Source: Candidatus Omnitrophota bacterium
Lineage (GTDB): Bacteria; Omnitrophota; Gorgyraeia; Zapsychrales; Zapsychraceae
DNA length: 64,000 bases
Direction of reading: 5' to 3'
Assembly: GCA_028280285.1 (NCBI GenBank)
Contig: JANQMA010000024.1
Span: 117 to 64,116, forward strand
How positions within the stretch are numbered: the first letter of the stretch is position 1; each line of letters opens with the position of its first letter. The notes beneath the pieces are model-generated. The model saw only the letters and a list, made by a program, of their open reading frames with translations, searched no databases and was not told the origin of the DNA. The translations under genes and the position numbers were made by a program. Positions 1 through 7,446 of the stretch are shown here, one piece after another.

Positions 1-44
1 GTGAGCACCGCAGGTGCGAAACGAAAATCCTGCCCCCGCAACCA
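1..44 (+). tRNA. 3' part of a tRNA-fMet-like sequence (5' part outside window; T-loop region non-canonical)
   Basis: AAATCCTGCCCCCGCAACCA (25-44) matches the T-stem 3' strand, acceptor strand and CCA of initiator tRNA. The sequence before it is not the usual GGTTC. Confidence 0.6.
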
Positions 45-45
45 A

Positions 46-116
46 TTTTTCCTTGTGCTCCACGAGGAAAAAGATAAAAACCCGTTCACTCCCCCCTGGG
101 AATGGACGGGTTTTTT
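46..116 (+). terminator. Two hairpins, the second an intrinsic terminator
   Basis: TTTTTCCTTGTG-ctc-CACGAGGAAAAA (46-72); AAAAACCCGTTCA...TGGACGGGTTTTTT (76-116). Confidence 0.7.
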
Positions 117-173
117 GTGTTGAGGTAGAATTAAGTCTGTTGACGACATTTCCCTAATCTGTTTTAATACTTC

Positions 174-1172
174 ATGCCGCAAACACCTGCACCCATTAAA
201 TCTTATCATCAACTCTTAACTGCGATCCGCTCGACGGTAATGCAGTCGCGTAACACCATCGAGCGCACGTATGTCGCGATGTATTGGAATGTCGGACAGG
301 CGATTGATGCGTATATCAGTATCAACGGGCGCTTAAACGAAGACGGCACAACCGTTTTTAAACAACTCAGCGAAGATATTGAGGTCGATCAGCGCACGCT
401 GTATCAAGCGCATGATATGTACCGCGCTTATCCGCGTATTGATTACACATTGCCCTTAAGCTGGTCCCATTACCGGACACTCGCCCATATCAAATCGGCC
501 AAAGAGCGCAAGCGCTGGCAAGAGCGCATTATCCGCGAGAAATTAAGTGTGGCGCAGTTCAAGCAGGCCTTGCAGGCTCACGCAACGACGCAAAGTCAAA
601 AAAGGCCGCGTTCCGGGCGTCAACTCAAACCGATCAGGGGCAAGCTCTATCATTATCGTTTGATCAAGGCCGCGTCTATCAATCGACAACAAGATAAAAT
701 TGTCATTGATTGTGGTTTTAACAATCATGTCGACGTGCCGGCGTCATCGTTTGAACCGACGAATAAACGCATTGTGGCGTCCGTCAAAAACGATCGAGGA
801 TACTATACGATCAAACAAACCAAAGCAACCAAGGCCGATCTTTATACCTATATAGCTGCGGTGGAAAGGGTGGTCGATGGCGATACGCTCATTGTGTATA
901 TTGACTGCGGCTTTGGCATCTTTCGCCGGGAGCGCTTGCGCCTTAAACATGTCGACACACCCGAGATGACAACCATTGCCGGTAAACGCGCCAAAGCATT
1001 CGTAGAAAATGAACTGAAAAAATGCGCATTTGTGATCATCAATTCCTACTGGGAGGATGCCTACGGACGGTATTTGGCGGATCTATTTTTTCAGCCCGGT
1101 GAATCCGATCCGCATGTTGTGGCCGCCACCGGCATGCACCTCAACCAACTCCTATTGGATGAGGGCTGGTGA
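174..1172 (+). CDS. DUF1016 (YhcG) N-terminal-like domain fused to C-terminal thermonuclease (SNase) domain
   Basis: N-term YWNVG...LSWSHYRTL...W...LSV typical of YhcG-N; C-term VERVVDGDT...RLRLKHVDTPE...DAYGRYLA...LNQLLLDEG are SNase motifs. Confidence 0.75.
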   Translation: MPQTPAPIKSYHQLLTAIRSTVMQSRNTIERTYVAMYWNVGQAIDAYISINGRLNEDGTTVFKQLSEDIEVDQRTLYQAHDMYRAYPRIDYTLPLSWSHYRTLAHIKSAKERKRWQERIIREKLSVAQFKQALQAHATTQSQKRPRSGRQLKPIRGKLYHYRLIKAASINRQQDKIVIDCGFNNHVDVPASSFEPTNKRIVASVKNDRGYYTIKQTKATKADLYTYIAAVERVVDGDTLIVYIDCGFGIFRRERLRLKHVDTPEMTTIAGKRAKAFVENELKKCAFVIINSYWEDAYGRYLADLFFQPGESDPHVVAATGMHLNQLLLDEGW

Positions 1173-1177
1173 TCTAT

Positions 1178-1200
1178 TAAATAGTGCCAGGCACTATTTA
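1178..1200. repeat. REP-like palindrome, family A
   Basis: TAAATAGTGCC-A-GGCACTATTTA, perfect 11-bp arms. Related copies at 3071, 12589, 14045, 15071, 48194 and 49719. Confidence 0.8.
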
Positions 1201-1206
1201 TACTTC

Positions 1207-1263
1207 AGTTAGAGCGGGCAAAGCTATGGGATTAAGGAGCAGGGAAACCTGCTCCTTTTTTTT
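1207..1263 (+). ncRNA. Candidate small RNA, copy 1 (ends in GAAA-tetraloop terminator)
   Basis: AGAGCGGGCAAAGCTATGGGATT-AAGGAGCAGG-GAAA-CCTGCTCCTT-TTTTT, nearly identical to 3377-3431; TATACT at 1199-1204. Confidence 0.45.
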
Positions 1264-1364
1264 AACTTTTCCGCCCCGTCATTTTTTGCTACACTGCCTG
1301 CGTGCCGAAAGCCTTAAGCAAAACAACGAAAACTTCTTACTAAAAATTCCTGCAAATAAATAAA

Positions 1365-2987
1365 ATGGACCAAACGTACATATTAACACCGCTACTGAAA
1401 CGAGCAGAAGAGCTTGATTTTACATTGAATGACCATTACGTGAATCTTCTTGAAGTGGGCCATGATGCATTACTGGCCCGTATTCACTTGATTCGCTCGG
1501 CTCAAAAAAGCATTTTAATCCAAACGTTTATTTGGCGTGATGATGAAGTGGGTTTAAAGATGCTTTTAGAGCTTTTTAAAGCGGCCAGACGCGGCGTTAA
1601 AGTCAAAATTCTTATTGATTACTGGGTGCTAAACAAAGAAAAAGGTCTTTTTAAATATATCAATTTTCAACACGAAAATTTTGAAATATTGATTTATAAC
1701 CCTTCCGGGAAAAGTCTTAAATTATCTGAATTAGAAATATTGCAGGCCGTCACCGTTGATTTTGAAAAGATCAATCATCGCATGCACAATAAAACATTTA
1801 TTATCGATGAGAAAATTGCTATTGTCGGTGGACGCAATTACGATAATATGTATTATGACCGTGGAAGTCGAATGAACTTCATTGATTTGGACCTTATGGT
1901 CATGGGTTGTGTTGTTAAAGATATACAGAAATCCTTTCATCTTTACCGGAATTGCGGCTTGTGCATCCGGCCTTTTGATTTTAAAGATATTGATCAAGAC
2001 TCTATTGATGTTTGCGAAGAGCGTCTGCAGAAAGCCTTTGCACGTTTTGCAGTGAATCTCTTTTCCGACTTGGATGCACAGCTGAGTGATGAAGCCTGCC
2101 TCAATGAAAAGTTTATTAAACCTGCCCTTAAAACCGATAAAATCCGTTTTGCTTATGACAAGCCGGAACTTGAATTTCGAATACAAGAAAGGCTTAACAG
2201 CGGCGTATTAAAAGATTTGGATGATTTGGTCCTTAATGCCAATGATTCTATACTGATACAGTCACCCTATTTTGTTTTAAGTCGTGAAGCGATTAAAGCG
2301 ATTAAAGAATTAGGGCGCACAAAGCCTAAACTTAAGATCACCGTTTCAACCAACAGTCTTGACGCTACAGATAATTTGTTAGCCTACGCCTTTTTAAATA
2401 AAGAAAAACATCTCTACACGAAAGATCTTAAAATCGATATTTTCGAAATGAAATCTAAACCAAACAATTTGAAAAAACTTGTTCATAATGATCTTTGGCA
2501 GAAAGGTAAGACAGAACATAAATATTTATGCATTCATGCCAAAGTGTTTATTATCGATAATCAAGTTTCATGTGTAGGAACCTATAATGCCGATGTGCGC
2601 TCTGAATATTTCAATACCGAGATTGCGTTAATCATTGATGATAAACACATCACGCAAGCCATAAAGCAAAGAATCACACAGTTAATGGAGCCCGTCAACA
2701 GCTGGACGGTTGCGCCCACCAAATATATACCCATTATCACAGAATTCAACGATCTTATGACCAAGCTATCCCACACGCTGCCGGTCATTGATCTGTGGCC
2801 GTTTCGCAATGTGAAATGCTATCAGTTAAAGGAAGGGCGAGCCCCTTTAGAAACCTTTCATCCTGATTTCCATATCCATTACCACCGGGTTGATCTACTT
2901 CCACAAGTCATGCGAAAACTAAAGGAAAAAAGAATAGTTGTCAGCCTGATTCAAATGTTCGGCCAGATCATTAAGCCGTTGGTCTGA
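1365..2987 (+). CDS. Phospholipase D family protein (ClsC/YmdC-like)
   Basis: Two HKD motifs (RMHNKTFIID...GGRN; IHAKVFIID...GTYN) and ALLARIHLIRSAQKSI. Confidence 0.85.
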   Translation: MDQTYILTPLLKRAEELDFTLNDHYVNLLEVGHDALLARIHLIRSAQKSILIQTFIWRDDEVGLKMLLELFKAARRGVKVKILIDYWVLNKEKGLFKYINFQHENFEILIYNPSGKSLKLSELEILQAVTVDFEKINHRMHNKTFIIDEKIAIVGGRNYDNMYYDRGSRMNFIDLDLMVMGCVVKDIQKSFHLYRNCGLCIRPFDFKDIDQDSIDVCEERLQKAFARFAVNLFSDLDAQLSDEACLNEKFIKPALKTDKIRFAYDKPELEFRIQERLNSGVLKDLDDLVLNANDSILIQSPYFVLSREAIKAIKELGRTKPKLKITVSTNSLDATDNLLAYAFLNKEKHLYTKDLKIDIFEMKSKPNNLKKLVHNDLWQKGKTEHKYLCIHAKVFIIDNQVSCVGTYNADVRSEYFNTEIALIIDDKHITQAIKQRITQLMEPVNSWTVAPTKYIPIITEFNDLMTKLSHTLPVIDLWPFRNVKCYQLKEGRAPLETFHPDFHIHYHRVDLLPQVMRKLKEKRIVVSLIQMFGQIIKPLV

Positions 2988-3121
2988 GATTTTAACCGGT
3001 GGTTATAATAAGAGACAGCGCCTTAATTTCCCCTAACTGATAACCAATGCCCAATTGTTGTTACTGAGATTAAATAGTGCCATAAATAATGCATCGCAGT
3101 ATTTAACTATTTATTATTTTC

Positions 3122-3151
3122 TTGACAATACATACATTTGTGTGGTATAAA
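3122..3151 (+). promoter_or_regulatory. sigma70-type promoter upstream of tRNA-like RNA
   Basis: TTGACA (3122-3127), 18 nt, TG-n-TATAAA (3146-3151). Confidence 0.55.
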
Positions 3152-3213
3152 AAATACCCCCCCTAAGAAGTAAAATTCCATATAAGTTGTACGCTTATTT
3201 ATTGGCAGAAAGT

Positions 3214-3286
3214 ACCCCTATAGCTTAATTGGATAAAGCCCACTCTGGCGATGTTGGAGATGTGAGTTCGAGTCTCACTAGGGGTA
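3214..3286 (+). ncRNA. tRNA-like RNA / pseudo-tRNA with defective anticodon arm
   Basis: Acceptor ACCCCTA/TAGGGGT, D-arm GCTT-AATTGGATA-AAGC and T-arm GTGAG-TTCGAGT-CTCAC are intact. The anticodon stem does not pair canonically and no CCA is encoded. Confidence 0.65.
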
Positions 3287-3376
3287 TAGTTTTTTCTGTC
3301 TACTTCGGGAAAGGGCCAGAGCTTTCCCGGAACAATATTTTCTTGAAAAATTATTTAGAATAGATATACTTAATAT

Positions 3377-3431
3377 AGTCAGAGTGGGAAAAGCTATAGG
3401 ACAAGGAGCAGGGAAACCTGCTCCTTTTTTT
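3377..3431 (+). ncRNA. Candidate small RNA, copy 2, with own promoter and terminator
   Basis: TTGAAA (3343-3348)...TATACT (3365-3370), then AGTCAGAGTGGGAAAAGCTATAGGAC-AAGGAGCAGG-GAAA-CCTGCTCCTT-TTTTT. Confidence 0.5.
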
Positions 3432-3509
3432 GTTCCACAATCGTTTAACTGTGTTATACTATCTCAATTATTCCCCCCTCGGTTTTCCCCTTAAACACAG
3501 GAGGAAAAC

Positions 3510-3602
3510 ATGTCTCAATTAATTCCCGAAGAAGTGGAATGGGAGTCTTTAAGATTCCAATTTGGAAGCTTAAAGCGAGGGTAACACCCTAAATACTGAC
3601 CG
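3510..3602 (+). pseudogene. Internally deleted ORF6N-family remnant (24-aa mini-ORF 3510-3584)
   Basis: AGGAGG RBS; MSQLIPEEVEWESLRFQFGSLKRG*HPKY*P resembles an ORF6N start joined directly to the E-x-x-x-L-R-x-Q-F-G-x-L-K-R-G-Q-H-x-K-Y-L-P segment. Confidence 0.55.
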
Positions 3603-3687
3603 TTGACAAAATCATATTTAAGTATTATACTAGTAGAAAATTAGTAGTTATTTTATCATAAATAATTGGTATATAATGGTTTAATAT

Positions 3688-4923
3688 ATGAATACTAATG
3701 AAAACATAGAAAAAGAATTTATTAATAAACGGTATCTAAGTAAAGAGGAAGTAGGATACCGTGTACCAAATAATCTCTCGCTGGAGGATTATTGGGGAAG
3801 CATCCAGAAGGCTCGACATCAGCGTGCTGTAAAAATGCCGTTTGAAGATCAGGAAAAGCATCCATTTTGGTTTGTACTAACTTCTTCTTTGCAGCAAAGT
3901 CTTCATGAGATTGATTCTTTAGGCAGAGACTCTATATATCGGTTGGTAAGAGAAGAAATTGAATCAGAAATGATTCAAGATTCATTAATGGAAGAGGCTG
4001 TCTTTTCCAGCGCTATTGAAGGCGCATTTTCCACGGTTAAACGCCTTAAGGAAATGGTGAATAAAAAACAAAGCCCGGAGGATATTAATGACAAGATGGT
4101 GTTTAATAATTATGAAGCCATGCAGTTTATTCTTAGAGAAAAACATAGAAATTTAGATATTGATCTTATTTTAGAACTACAAAAGATTGTCACAAAAGAT
4201 ACTATGGGCGAGGATGATGCAGCCTACTCCGGAAAATTTCGAGACGATTGGGTATACGTTAAAGACAAAAGAGACAGAGTGATTTATACTCCCCCCCATG
4301 CTGATCAAGTTTTACCTGCTATGGAAAAACTTGTTCAATGGATTAATCAGGAAAATGACGACGAATTTATTCACCCTATTATTAAAGCCGCATTTGTACA
4401 TCTTTACTTTGTCCATATTCACCCATTTTTTGATGGCAATGGAAGAACAGCGCGTGCGCTATTTTATTTTGATTTGATAAAAAATGAGTACGAATTTTTT
4501 AAATATTTCTCAATATCTGTTGCTGTTCAAAAAGCTAAAGGCAAATATTATAAAGCCATCCGTAATTCTGAAACACATGAAGGAGATTTTACATTTTTCC
4601 TTCTTTACATGGCAAAAACAATTCTTGAGTCTATTCATCTAGTTAAGTCAAGAATTGCACATCATTACCAAAAAGAATTGGTTATACAGCGCTTGAATAA
4701 GGAAGGCGTTTTATTAAATGGGCGACAAGAGAAATTTGTTAAACGTTTTTTTGTGATCGATCAACGGGTCATTACACTCAAGAAGTACCAGAGTTGGTTC
4801 AAAGTGGCTTACGAAACGGCTAGGCGCGATCTGGATGAGCTTTCGAAATGGAAGGTTTTAACGAAAGGAAAGCAAGGCAAGGCCTTCGTCTATCGCCCAA
4901 ATAATGAATTTGGCATTCAGTAA
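3688..4923 (+). CDS. Fic family protein (AMPylase motif) with C-terminal HTH
   Basis: HPFFDGNGRTAR Fic motif; SSAIEG inhibitory-helix-like motif; C-term ETARRDLDEL wHTH. Promoter TTGACA (3603)-17-TATACT (3626). Confidence 0.9.
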   Translation: MNTNENIEKEFINKRYLSKEEVGYRVPNNLSLEDYWGSIQKARHQRAVKMPFEDQEKHPFWFVLTSSLQQSLHEIDSLGRDSIYRLVREEIESEMIQDSLMEEAVFSSAIEGAFSTVKRLKEMVNKKQSPEDINDKMVFNNYEAMQFILREKHRNLDIDLILELQKIVTKDTMGEDDAAYSGKFRDDWVYVKDKRDRVIYTPPHADQVLPAMEKLVQWINQENDDEFIHPIIKAAFVHLYFVHIHPFFDGNGRTARALFYFDLIKNEYEFFKYFSISVAVQKAKGKYYKAIRNSETHEGDFTFFLLYMAKTILESIHLVKSRIAHHYQKELVIQRLNKEGVLLNGRQEKFVKRFFVIDQRVITLKKYQSWFKVAYETARRDLDELSKWKVLTKGKQGKAFVYRPNNEFGIQ

Positions 4924-5116
4924 TATATTAGTAATTCGATTTAACGTAAATCGTTGTTATATAGCAATTTGCGGGTATATTACTAATAACCTGTCAAACC
5001 GCGTATTGAAAAATCACATAGCGCTATTTTCCAAATATAACACTTTTCCACCATCTAGGTAGAATACTGTCTGTAGACGGGGTGCGGGTGTTCTGCTTAT
5101 AATAGCAGAATAATAA

Positions 5117-5163
5117 CGGGGACATGTACAGCATTCGATTGATGAATTATGTACGTGTCCCCG
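5117..5163. repeat. Inverted repeat (REP-like, GGGACA/TGTCCC type)
   Basis: CGGGGACATGTACA...TGTACGTGTCCCCG; partial related motif at ~59936-59944. Confidence 0.5.
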
Positions 5164-5199
5164 GAATAAAAAAGCAAACACGACACCACAGCCCGGCTT

Positions 5200-6069
5200 A
5201 TGATAAACTTTCCTTACACCGACACAAAATTCTCAACCCTTACCAGCTATATCATGGCCTTATGCGCCCGGCGCGTCTATGATGATGACGCGGGTGCCAT
5301 TCAAACATTTTGCACCGACACACTCGGCACCAATCAATTCACATTTTTAAACCAAGGCGCCACCCAAGCCTTTGTGTGTGCGGATACGCGTTTTACCCTC
5401 ATTTGTTTTCGCGGCACGACGGATATTGATGATTGGATGACCAATATCAAGGCCAAGCTCATTGACGCGCCGATCGGCCGCGCGCATAAGGGATTCACCG
5501 AAGGGCTTGATGCCGTCTATCCGCAGATCCTTGATTTTATAAATCACCATGCACCCGCCCGCACACCGCTGTGGTTGTGTGGACACAGCCTAGGTGGTGC
5601 GCTCGCAACTCTCTGTGCGCTGCGTTTGAGGCTTAAACGCACAAACATTTGCGGGCTCTATACATTTGGCTCCCCGCGTGTGGTAGACGCAAACGCCGGC
5701 GATTATCTCGCGAGCGTCCTGCCGAACCGCATCTGGCGTTTTGTGAACAATGAAGACATCGTCACCCGTGTGCCGCCGGCATCCATGGGGTATGATCACC
5801 TCGGGCGCATCCGTTATTTTGATAATACAGGCGTGATGCACAAACACATGAGCTACTGGCGCCGGTTTAAAGATCGGGTGAACAGCATCGAGATGCGCGC
5901 CCGCGAGCGCTACCGTGTGCTCCGCCACAACTATCCCGACGGCGTGGCCGACCACAGCATGGACCGCTATATCGACCGCATTGTGCAGAACATGACCACG
6001 GATGAAAAATCCCAGGCCGCCCTCGCCCCCACGCAAGCCGGGGAGTTTTTGGAGTTTGTGAATGGGTGA
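5200..6069 (+). CDS. Lipase class 3 family protein
   Basis: FRGT, AHKGF, CGHSLGGALA, YTFGSPRV, DIVTRVP, DHSM motifs; visibly more GC-rich than its neighbours. Confidence 0.9.
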   Translation: MINFPYTDTKFSTLTSYIMALCARRVYDDDAGAIQTFCTDTLGTNQFTFLNQGATQAFVCADTRFTLICFRGTTDIDDWMTNIKAKLIDAPIGRAHKGFTEGLDAVYPQILDFINHHAPARTPLWLCGHSLGGALATLCALRLRLKRTNICGLYTFGSPRVVDANAGDYLASVLPNRIWRFVNNEDIVTRVPPASMGYDHLGRIRYFDNTGVMHKHMSYWRRFKDRVNSIEMRARERYRVLRHNYPDGVADHSMDRYIDRIVQNMTTDEKSQAALAPTQAGEFLEFVNG

Positions 6070-6129
6070 GGGGAATGTTCAATTAAATATACGAAGCCTC
6101 TTATTATTTAAAAAGAATAAAATTCTCTA

Positions 6130-6582
6130 ATGAAATTATCTTGGAAAAATTTTGTAGATATAACGACAATTATTTGGTTAATTATTTTTTTTGTTGGTTT
6201 TTACACAAACGAAAATGTTCAACGCATCTGTCTTATTTTTAATACTATTATTCTTTTTGTTTTTCTTTTAGATTTAATTTTCATTTATCGAAAATTTGGC
6301 CGTAAAAGAGATTTTATTAAAAATCATTGGTTTGATGTTATGATGATTATTCCATATTTTCGTATTTTTCGCATTGTTCGTAGTTTGAAGTTTTTAAAAG
6401 TGTTGAACAAATTAAAAGTGTTTAAATTTATTAAAAAATCTCGTATTTTAAGAGGAACTTGGATTGCGCATGAGGTTTCTGATTTAGGACGAACAATTAG
6501 GCAAAGATTTGGAAAACACAATTCTAATTTAAATAGTAATAAAATCTTTAGAGAAAGGAAACGACATGGCAGTAATACCTAA
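6130..6582 (+). CDS. Ion-transport-like membrane protein, voltage-sensor (S1-S4) portion only
   Basis: TM helices with VFLLDL, FIKNHWFDV..IP and S4-like FRIFRIVRSLKFLKVL; no pore/GYG filter. Confidence 0.6.
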   Translation: MKLSWKNFVDITTIIWLIIFFVGFYTNENVQRICLIFNTIILFVFLLDLIFIYRKFGRKRDFIKNHWFDVMMIIPYFRIFRIVRSLKFLKVLNKLKVFKFIKKSRILRGTWIAHEVSDLGRTIRQRFGKHNSNLNSNKIFRERKRHGSNT

Positions 6583-7378
6583 GAAAATAGTCGAACGTTT
6601 TACGAAGAATATTGTAAAATATCAGCGAGTTTTAAAGACGGCAAAAGATCAGGATGTTAACGAGACTGATACAGTTGCAATAATAAATGACATATTTTCA
6701 GATGTTTTTGGATATGATAAATATACAGAAATTACGAGTGAACTTTCAATTAGAGGGACGTTTTGTGATTTAGCTGTCAAGATCGATGACAAGTTTGCTT
6801 ATCTTATCGAGTGTAAAGCAATTGGACTTGATTTAAAAGATAACCACCTTAGACAGGCTGTTAATTATGGGGTAAATAAAGGAATTCAGTGGATTATTCT
6901 AACAAATGGTCATTTATGGAATTTGTATTATATTCGTTTCGAAAAACCTGTGACGCATGATTTGGTGGTTAGTATTGATTTGTTGAATATGAAACCAAAA
7001 GATAAAAAGACGATTGAGGATCTTTATTTGTTTTCTAAGGAGGGTTTAAATCGAAGTGTGCGAGAGGATTATTATGATAAAGTTAAGAGTGTGAACCGTT
7101 TCATTGTTGGTAATTTATTGTTGAGCGAGCCTGTTGTTAATATTGTACGTAAAGAGCTTAGAAAACTTGCAGAGGGAGTCAAAATTGAGCCGAATGAAAT
7201 ATTGGATATTATTCAAAGAGGTGTTTTAAAAAGAGATATTTTTGACGGTGAAGAGGCAAAAGAAGCCCAATCCAGGCTAAAAAAGTTTTTTAAGAAAAAT
7301 ACTCGGAAAAAGGTTAAAACGAAAACCAAAACTATTTCTCAAAAGTCATCCGAACCAGTGATGCAAGATGTCGAATAA
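6566..7378 (+). CDS. Type I restriction HsdR N-terminal-like (PD-(D/E)xK) domain protein
   Basis: NETDT...CDLAVK...LIECKA...LRQAVNY...WIILTNG..W motifs. Confidence 0.8.
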   Translation: MAVIPKKIVERFTKNIVKYQRVLKTAKDQDVNETDTVAIINDIFSDVFGYDKYTEITSELSIRGTFCDLAVKIDDKFAYLIECKAIGLDLKDNHLRQAVNYGVNKGIQWIILTNGHLWNLYYIRFEKPVTHDLVVSIDLLNMKPKDKKTIEDLYLFSKEGLNRSVREDYYDKVKSVNRFIVGNLLLSEPVVNIVRKELRKLAEGVKIEPNEILDIIQRGVLKRDIFDGEEAKEAQSRLKKFFKKNTRKKVKTKTKTISQKSSEPVMQDVE

Positions 7379-7446
7379 ATAATATCATTTTGAACTTGTC
7401 TCGATAAAATGGACACTATTTTTAGAAAAAGAAATAATTTATTTGT

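Noticed and set aside
1-24. Hammerhead-ribozyme-like TGA-stem-GAAAC
   Set aside because: The base two before GA is G rather than the conserved A of CUGANGA, and the rest is outside the window; tRNA context explains it better.
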